64,000 bases of DNA from Camelus ferus. Taxonomy: Eukaryota. Position 1 is the first letter of the stretch; each line of letters starts with the position of its first letter. The DNA is taken from positions 41,914,001 to 41,978,000 of the forward strand of contig NC_045696.1 in the NCBI RefSeq assembly GCF_009834535.1, read 5' to 3'. A program made the position numbers and the translations under genes. This document shows, one piece after another, positions 55,107 through 64,000 of the stretch. The notes beneath the pieces are model-generated. The model saw nothing but the letters and a program-made list of their open reading frames with translations. It did not search any database and was not told where the DNA came from.

Positions 55107-55579
55107 CGTTGTGGGCATCAGCCGGTCAGTGACATGGTGACATGCAGGTTGGTAAAAGAATTTACCAAAGATAAAGTATGAGAATAGAAGAGTTTACTAG
55201 GCGTACACTGCCATAGACAGCAGCAGGCCATACAGACGAGGGGCACCTGTGTGAGAGCACAGAGGGCAGGTTGTTGGGGTCTTTTATAATGTCAGGTCAC
55301 AAGGTGCCTCATTGGCTTGTGTGCAAGTCTCCAATTGGTTGTAGGTGAGGTAAGAGGTTTAGGGTCTGTGAAGGGCAGTGGGGTTTGACTCTCATAAGGT
55401 GGGCTGAAACAAAACAGCCTCAGCAATTATGAGATTAGGCATTACCTAGGGCTATTAGTTTGTTATGGGAAACATGCACAGTAAAGAATGTACTTTATCT
55501 GTTGAGGGATCGAAGGCAGACATCTGAGAACCCATAAATGGAGGTCATTGGACTTTGAAGGACATCAACTGGCCCAACA
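55107..55579 (-). mobile_element. ERV-type solo LTR
   Basis: Minus strand begins TGTTGGG; CCAAT and TATAAAA-like motifs near 55283-55340; flanks ataat/ataac. Confidence 0.5.
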
Positions 55580-56122
55580 ATAACATACAGAGCTGAGAGG
55601 GTATGTCCTTTAAAATGTACTCAGTTGAAGCTGACTCCCGATTTGGTCATCAGGTGGATACTGGTACTTGTTTTAGGAAGTATCTGAATTAGCAAGACTA
55701 ATGGTTTCCAAACTTTCTGATAATCAAAATCTTGGTAGTACGTGTTGAATGACTCCATGTATATGACATTCTGGAAAAGGCAGCACTATAGGGAGAGAAA
55801 ACAGGACTAGTAGTAGCTGAGAGCTGCTTGTGGGAATTTTTGGGTAATGTATCCATTCTGTATGATACCGCAGTTGTAGATACATGATTCTAGGTATTTG
55901 TCAAAAGCTATAGAACAGTACACGAACACTCAAATTTGACTGTATGCAAATTTTACCCCTAAATCTCAGCTAGGATGTTAGGGGATCTTAGGATGGAATA
56001 TGGAATATGACAAAGGAATCTAACTGTATTACAGATGAATGACATAAACTCACTGAATAGGGATACGAAAAACAGAATGACCTAATTAACTTTGGAAAAC
56101 AGTTTTGACTGGATTGTATAAG

Positions 56123-56794
56123 TGTCTTAGTCCATTTGGGCTGCTATAACAATACCATAGACTGGGTGGCTTATAAACAGCAGAATTTATTTTTCACAGT
56201 TCTGGGGGCTGGAAATCCAAGAACAAGGCACCAGGAGATTTGATGTCCAGTGAGGGCTAGCTTCCTGTTCCCTAGATGGTCATTTTCTCACTGTGTCATC
56301 ACACTGGTGGAAGGGGTGAAGGAATTCTGGGCAGAGTGGAACAAAGGAATGCACTCTGAGTCTGAGACAGGGAAAGATATTCCCACACAAGGCTACAAGC
56401 TCAGCACAAGCCAAGAGTTTTTATCTCTGGATAAGGAAGTGTTCCAGGCCAAGGACTCATGCATGAAAGACTGCCCTTCCCAACAAGAGGCAATTAAGTT
56501 TAAATAAGGTCATAAGGGTGGGTCGTGGGAGTCAAAGACACTAATCTGATGAGATTGGTGTCTTTATAAGAGAAGGAGGAGACACTTGAGAGTTCTCTTT
56601 CTCTCTCTGTCACGTAGGACACAGTGAGAAGGTGTGTATCTACAAGCCAGGAAGAAAACTCTTGCCAGGAACTGAATCAGCTGGCAGGCTGAACTGGGTC
56701 TTACAGCCTCCAGAACTGTGAGAAAATTAATTTCTGTTGTTTAAGTCACCCAGCCTATGGCATTTTATCATGGAAGCCTGAGCAGACCAGTACA
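56123..56794. mobile_element. Two MLT1 LTR fragments in opposite orientation with a spacer
   Basis: 56123-about 56320 (-): tgtcttagtccatttgggctgctataac...; about 56490-56794 (+): aggtcataagggtggg...cagcctccagaactgtgag...gcagaccagtaca. Confidence 0.75.
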
Positions 56795-58599
56795 GGCACC
56801 AAATAGCTCTTTTAGTCTCCCGCCCTTGGCAGCATCCTCTCACGGTCCGTGGTGTATTTGGAATAGGGTGGTTCGCATCTAATGTGACAGCAGTCACTTA
56901 TTTTGAACCATGGCTTGCTAGTTCTTGGGGCCCAAGTTTCAGTCATGTATTCAAAAGGAGGAAGCCAAGGATCTTAATCAGCAGCTGTGGGCTCAGGAGT
57001 GCTCATGCCCCAAGCTTCTGCCATCAGATACGGAGCCACATTTGCTGGTGAATATCCCCCAAGTTAGCGACATCAGAAACAAGCATAATTTGCTTTTGTT
57101 TATCTAACCTTAGGAGCCATTCTTTGTTTTGCTTAGTGAAATGAAGTTTAGTAACATAAGCACCTAAACTATTTCTGCAGACAGGTCAAAAATGACCAGT
57201 TCTTTTTGTTTCATATCATAATATTACAAACCTTATGTTCTTATTTTTTTTCCAGCTCAAAAGTAGGTTATCATAAATGACACATTTAGAAATTCCTTAT
57301 GCTATGTCATAATCTGAGATAGAGAATTCAAGAGGAAGAGATTTGGGCCGTGTACTAGATGCTTTTCACTTGTCTTCTCATTTATTCCCAAGAGCAGGTA
57401 ATGTTGCCCCTAATTTACAGTTGAGGAAATGAGCTCAGAGAAGTTAAATAATTTGCCTAGGATGGCACTGCTAGCAAGAGACAAAGCTGTGGATTAGACT
57501 CAGTCAGGCTAGGATCCAATGCGAATATTCTTTGTACAGTATTTCTGCAGTGGGAGTGTGGTGACTTTGTAGTCAGAGATCTTTTAAGAAGCTGTTAGTG
57601 ATGAACAGCCATTTCTAGACCCAGCCACTCTTGTGTCTATAATGACTGTAAAATATAAATAAGATCACTCAAAAGCCAGAGGGTTCTGAATACCTGTGTG
57701 AATGAGGGTGAATAAGGATCACTAATGTGGTCCAAAACCATGGCTAGAAATAATTATGTCTTAAGTACTTGCCATGTGCCAGACAGCCAAACTGAAAGAC
57801 AAGAGGGAGGGAGTCCATCTACTGGAAGGATAAGACTTAAACAGAACAGCAAGCTATCATATGGGCACAGAGGCAATGGAAACCACTTCGTATTAGTACA
57901 AAAGGCTGATCCTTTAGAAAGAATGAAACGATATTCCAGAAAAGACTGCCTTATGTAGAACCTCCTTGTATTCCACAGGTCACTTATGCATGTCCTACCA
58001 TGAAAACTTCGGAATGAGAACGTAGAGTCCATTGTGGTCAATAAATGTAAAAATAATTAATGTTAGTTGTAATTTATATTCATTATTCTTCTTCAACCTT
58101 AAGATAATAGTCTGGGGCAGTCTACTTTTGGAGCCTGCGTTTTGCTGGGATAAATTCGATTAACTCCACCATGCTCCCAGCGCTGGGGAACACAGAGCAG
58201 CCCTGCCTTCCCTTCTGGTTTCCTGAACAAGGGCTTCTGTCTTTGAAGGACTCCTCTCAGTTCCTGAATTTCACACAGCTGCTCCGGACCACTAAGAAGA
58301 ATGTCCAATAGCATTACACAGAATTTGGGGGCGAGGGGAGGGGAGGGAAAGTATTCAGGCTCGAAGACTCATGTCAGGAACAGGGACGGTAAAAGGAACG
58401 GGGTTGTTTTAAGGACCAACAGAATAAATCGACTAATTTCAAGTAAGGAAAGATTCAAGGACCTGCCTGCTAGGTGCTCGAGTTTGGCAAATCATGTTTT
58501 TCCGGTACAGCGAACAATACATTCCTCCACTGGGAGGAAAGACGGCCCAAATTGGGGAATCCTCCAGTTTGCTTACTTTCGCTGAGATGAAAAAAGCTC

Positions 58600-59480
58600 T
58601 GAAACAGATGCTCCCTGGGGAGACCCTGATGTCCGAAGGCGACAGGAGTCGGCTCCCGATGGGGGCCAGAGTTCAGTCCACAGGGTGACAGCTGCACGAT
58701 CCCCTTCGCACGCAGGAGCCACACAGCGCGGAGCCGAGGGGCGCCAACTCAGCGTCCTCGACTTGGGGCTTGACGCTCAGCGCTCGGCGCCTGCGGCTGT
58801 CAGTCAGCGTCCTCGGCCCGCCCCTCCCACAGCTCAACCAATCGTAGCCGGGGGTCCAGGGTGAGGCGACGCAGCGGGACCAGACAGCCCCGCCTGGCGG
58901 CCCGGTCAGTGGTTTCGGGCCAGGAAGTCCTGGGCTTCGGCCGCGGGAGAGCGCGCGGCGGGAGGCGAGACCTGGAGGTGAGTGCGGGCCGGTGGGTGTG
59001 CGCGGGCCCCGGGCCCAGCTCCTTCCGCCCGAGCGAACCATTGCTCCTCGCGCGCCCTTCTCGGCTGCAAAGCCCCTTTCTCTGCGCGCCGGCTCCCGAG
59101 GCCCCGGCCCGGTGCTGGGGAGCTGCAGCTCCAGGGGGCAATGACAGGGGCCACCCGAGTCTGGAACAGGAGGCTCCGGCCCAAGGCAGGGCAGAGTTGG
59201 AGTCCACGACTGCCTAGGACCGGAGTCCCCGAGCCGCTGCTGGTCCCGGCAGGGAGGGGGCGGGGCTGGGCGCGAGCATCTCCATCCTCAGTTTTCTCGA
59301 CTTGCAACGCCGCAGGTGCAGTCGCAACGCGGCAGAGCCAGGACCTCTGGGCAGCTAAAGACCCCTCCCCCCACACACCTTTTCTAACCGTCTGCGGGGC
59401 ACTTGGCAACGCCTCCCTCCTCAGACCTCATTCCCAGTCTCATCGCTCTCCGGGCCCCAGCCGCCTCTAGGGTGGCGGTC
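58600..59480 (+). promoter_or_regulatory. NXPE3: NXPE3 CpG-island promoter
   Basis: CpG-rich; GC box CCCGCCC 58817-58823, CCAAT 58838-58842, ETS CAGGAAGT 58921-58928; position fits synteny. Confidence 0.75.
58900..58977 (+). other. NXPE3: Probable non-coding first exon of NXPE3 (5' boundary uncertain)
   Basis: Consensus donor GAG|GTGAGT at 58977/58978 just downstream of the promoter motifs. Confidence 0.65.
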
Positions 59481-62400
59481 CTCTCACAAGTTGAACTGTT
59501 GTGGTCTCACGGAGATGTAGTTTTGGGACATCAGATTCAGGTCGAATGGGGAGAAACGAGTGTGACTTTACAAGGAGTGATGTGGAGACCTTGCCTGGCC
59601 TGCCGCTCATCTCTACTTGATCAGAGACCACTAAGCTTATGGTAACAGGGGTTCTCAGGCAGGATTTATACAAAATGTGTAATTGTCTGTCTGTACAATT
59701 TTTCTTGTTTTTCATTATTTGCTGTAAAGAAGGACCGTTGCCACATTTCCGATAGATAAAGTATCACGCTGCTCTGATGGGCCTCCCCTCTCCTCGCTGT
59801 GGTTAATTATCATTTGGAACATCAGGGTGTCCTTGAAGCTGGCGGCACTCCCAGACCCTGATAATTAATAGTCTCAATCCACGCAGCGGAGGGGGCAGCA
59901 CACTATTCTTCCATTGTGTTTGGGTTCTGCTTTCTTTTGACTGTGTTTAATATCTTCTCTCTGTGTCTGTTATCCTCACAATCTCTTTGGGCCTGATAAC
60001 AGTGCTGTTATTTGTTACTGAGAAAGGAAACAGAGGGATAGATCACTGAAGTAGGGTTGGCTGTCCCCGTTGTCCCAGAATCGGATTGTCCTGGAGGGAC
60101 AATGTAAGTTACAATTCTAAACATCCTCTCAGAGAGACCATCCCTGGCCTATTTATACAAATAACACCCTCTGGCCACTCTGTACCCGTGGTTCTCCTAC
60201 ATGGCTGTATATTATCATCTATAGACCTTAAAAAAAAGCTGCTTCTTGGCCCCTGTTGCCCTAGATTCTGGTCCAGTTGGTTGAGTGTAGTCCAAGCAGT
60301 GGAATATTTATAGGCTTCTGGGACGATACTAATGTGCATGTAAGGTTAAAGATCATGCCTATCTCCATGCCCAATTTTTTTCTTAAAGCACTTACTGCTT
60401 TGTGACTCATTTAACTGATTTGTTTACTTCTCTACCCTACTCCTTCCCCTCCCCTGGCATTATGAAAGCATGGGGTGCTACTTTAAAAGAAGGAGAAGCG
60501 AAGGCCTAGATGAGTCAGCATTTTGGGCATGTGAGGTGGGGGTACATGAAAGAGAAATGGAATAGAATCTGGGGAAACAGTCCTGCAGACTTCAGTCCCT
60601 GTGCAGACTTTTGTCCCTGCTTCAACTTTGTATAAGGATTGCTCTTATTTAGTTAACCCATCATTGTCATGGTCTTGGATGAGTCTCCAGCTCTTTCCCT
60701 AGATGTTGCCTTGTTAAGTTTCAAAGTCTTAGCACCCTATGAAATACAGCTGCTCTTTGGAAAGTTTGAGATAGGAGCATTTAAGTTTGGGTATATTCCA
60801 TATAAATCTGTGCTTTTGTCTTTGATGTAGGGGTCTTTGTATTCTGAACTAAAATTCCAGATACTTTCTCTGACAAGTACAATTATATTTATGTGGATAG
60901 CAAGTCAGAGTATTTTGGATGGGGACTGTCCCACAAACTGGATGTGTGGTTGTTCAATAGTGTATTGTTTTTGTGAAATGGTTTTCTAAGACTATTAGCC
61001 CCCCAGAGAGTGGGGTTGCTGCCTGTTTTCCTTTTTAGTACCAAACTCAAGTATTTCATTTGTGTACTGACAATTATAATTCCAAGTGATGTGAGCAATC
61101 ACTTTGTAATTCTCTTGTGAGATGGGGGTAAGAAGTCAGGTACCTAATAGTAGTTTAGGGTTGTCACCACAGACTATAAAGAATTTAGATTGGCTGTTAA
61201 ATAGTCTTAGCCAAAATCTGGCAAAACAAACCCAAAAGACTACAGATTCTAATTTTTCCTTGCCCTTTGAGCATATATATGAAGCAAGAGTGAGTGGTGT
61301 ACTAACACTTAAGAAAGATTTGAAAACAAGACTGTTGAAGTTGAGATTCCTCACGGATTGATTGTAACTTTTAGGTGTATCTGGGTACCTCTTGTTTCCT
61401 CTAGGAGTAGGGTGGATCATTGAACTACATGATTATTCTAGTCTATAAGAAAAGTAACATATGGAACTTTTATATTTGGTTTATTTTTTTCACAGTCATA
61501 CTGCTATTTATAAGGCTTTTGACCTTTCAGCTGAGATCTTAGAGTGATTTGCTATGTTTAAGTTCATGAATATAAATAACTAGCTACTGTTTTTTGTTAC
61601 TAGGAAAGGAAATGTTCCTATCCTCACTCCTCTCACTACTTTGTACTGAAATCTATGTACATCTCTTTGCTATAAAATTGTACTCTTGGTTTCAAATGTA
61701 TTTTCCTTTACTTCATTTTCTGTATCTTTAACTTGTATTTCATGTGCTTACCTCTGTTGCAGCAGGAAGAATGGTATAAAAATGAAAAACATCAACATGT
61801 GCTGCTTCACATGTGACGAGAAAAGAATAAGGGCTATCATGATTGCTTGAATTCAGACTTTGCACTGGAAGGAAAGTAAACTCGAATTTTTTAGTTCTAA
61901 TAAACATCTTGGGAACTGGACTCTTTTTAAAAAAAGGTAAATCAAATTCAATTACATATTTTTATTTTTTGGTTGATCTAGGAAACTTGTTTTGGAGTTG
62001 TTTGTATCTAGCACTATTGTTCTCACTCAGTTCCGTGGCATTTTGAGATACCCAGTGTTATTCTCTGCTCTCCTTGCAAGTAGACTTCTTGTTATAATGC
62101 CTAGGTTTTATATTTGTAGGAAAAAAATCAGAAATCTGTTACAGATTTCTTTTTTCAGTTTGAAATCTTTCGTTTTAAAGATTTCATTTTAAATTGTTTT
62201 CCCATGCCCGATGGGAACATGATTTCTGTTTATGGCTCGTCTTTAATTATTACTTTTAGAAACTGGCTTTATCCTTAAATTTGTGATTTTTATTTCCTGG
62301 TGAAGATGAAGGAGAAAAACAAAACCTGCCCAGAGGTGACAAGTACCTGCATTTTAGTATATGTCTTTTCAAAGATAGGTCTGTCTAGTACACGGCAGGT

Positions 62401-63984
62401 CATATAGTTGGGTCTTTCTAATCTCAGTGTTCTACTAGTTTGTAGCAGGAAGTCAGATCTTTTCCGAGACATGACCCTCTGTAACAATTTTCAGTAGAAG
62501 TCCCTGACTGTGAGGGGCTTCTTGCATATTTGCATTCGTGCTATAGCCCTATCATTCCTGTAGCTGTGGGGTCTGCTGCCCTGCCATCCATCTGCACCAC
62601 TGCCCGTTGCTCTGCTGCTGCTGACCGGCTCTGCCCACGCTGATGTCTTCTGAATTGCTGGCCTTCACACAGTACGTAGACCATGCCTACCATGGTAGCA
62701 ACCGAATTCCTGTGGAGTTTCATCTTCGGTCTTCTCTCTCTGGCCATCAGGGAAACCTGTGGTTCTTGTGGCCAACTCCTTGAGAAAGGTTTCTACAGAG
62801 GAACAGCTGGGGACTTGGTGGCAGAATTATTTCCTCTATTTCACAACCATTCCCTTCCTAGAATTTACAGGCACTTCAGGGTGGGTAGGTACCTGGGTGT
62901 TGGAGAAGGGCAGCGTTGGGGGGCCATGAGATGGTTGAGTGCAGTCTGTCACACTACCTGGCAGTCCCTGTGGAGGTGACCAGGAGTGGGGGAGGTATTC
63001 CTCTTTAATTTAGGAGGGAAATGCCTCTTGCCTCATAGGAGTGTGAGCTTTGCACTTAGTACAGCACCTGGTATAGAGGAGGCCTCCATAATTACTGGTT
63101 GTGTGGATTGTTGAATCAGCATATATCATGTAAAGAGCTAGGTACTGAGAGGGGATTAAAAAGTATGATATATTATTACAATTAAGTTGCTTTTCTCAGA
63201 TCTATAGTTTCTGTTGTTGTTTTTTTTTTAATATAGTCTTAATTGGTATAGTATAGTTGTAGAGACAAGAAATACCCACAAATGTAAAGATCAGCTGAGA
63301 AGAGGAAAAAGTGAGTGCTGTGGGGATTCTGAGGGTGGAAAGCGTGTTGAAATTGCTTAGCCTTGTCCCCCTTATGAAGCTGGGGTGAGGAAGGATCGTC
63401 AGTGGTCCTTGTGGTATGGGACGTGGGGCCTGGGGATGGATTAGACCAGAAGAGCAGAGGAGTGAGGGAACAGGGGGCTTGCGGGACCCAACCCAAAACT
63501 GCAGGGAGGGCTGGTGCAGCTGAGGTGTTCTGAGATCCTCTGCACCATGGTTATGCACCCTTTTCACCATGACCTCTCCACCCTGTCCTCCACGGAAGCC
63601 TGGAGTTGGGTTTGAGTAGATTGTCCAGGTATGGAAGAGATGTTACTGTGCTCTGGCTCTTTGCTTTCTCTTCGTGACTTTGAGCTTTGATAAGGTTAAC
63701 AAAAAGGAAATGTGATGTCTTTCCTTTTACTCCACCCTAGGCTATTGTAATTGGTGATCTGTTTTCTCATCTCCCCTTTTTGAAGGAGTCCTTTGGAGAA
63801 AAATGTACTGCTTAAATCAACCCCAGCTGTTCTTCTATGCAAAGAACTCTTACGGATACTAGCCAAAAAAAAAAAGCGAATTAAACTGAAAGCTCATCTG
63901 CAGCTCCGAAAAACAAAGACATGGAGTTTTGAGGAGTGAAGGGAGCATGGTGTCGGCCATGGGTGATCAAGACACAGCCGGACA

Positions 63985-64000
63985 ATGTGGATCAATTTCT
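63985..64000 (+). CDS. NXPE3: NXPE3 start of coding sequence (truncated by window end)
   Basis: acaATG TGG ATC AAT TTC = MWINF versus recalled human MWTNF; candidate acceptors at 63740 and 63785; only five codons are visible. Confidence 0.7.

Noticed and set aside
58673..59470. Several 118-167 aa ORFs at the NXPE3 promoter
   Set aside because: Overlapping low-complexity frames on both strands, typical of a CpG island.

Overview
Mammalian genomic DNA, very probably camelid (five Vic-1-type tRNA-derived SINEs), with the gene order ZBTB11-RPL24-CEP97-NXPE3 known from human 3q12.3. It contains coding exon 1 of ZBTB11 (-), the complete 6-exon RPL24 gene (-, 157 aa, intact), all 11 coding exons of CEP97 (+), and the promoter, first exon and start codon of NXPE3 (+, runs off the window end). 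The rest is mostly ordinary transposon debris (L1, L2, MIR, MaLR/ERV LTRs, hAT and Tigger elements). I see no convincing new multi-gene system. The best leads are: a chimeric retroposon in CEP97 intron 6 (about 440 bp of GC-rich sequence fused to a SINE inside one TSD); frameshifts confined to the two long CEP97 exons; an L1 3' transduction; a dense uORF cluster before the NXPE3 start; CpG-decay-like Arg substitutions in ZBTB11 exon 1; and a recursive-splice-type junction at the last CEP97 exon. Gene names, repeat family names and human comparisons come from recall, not from a search. Repeat boundaries are approximate.
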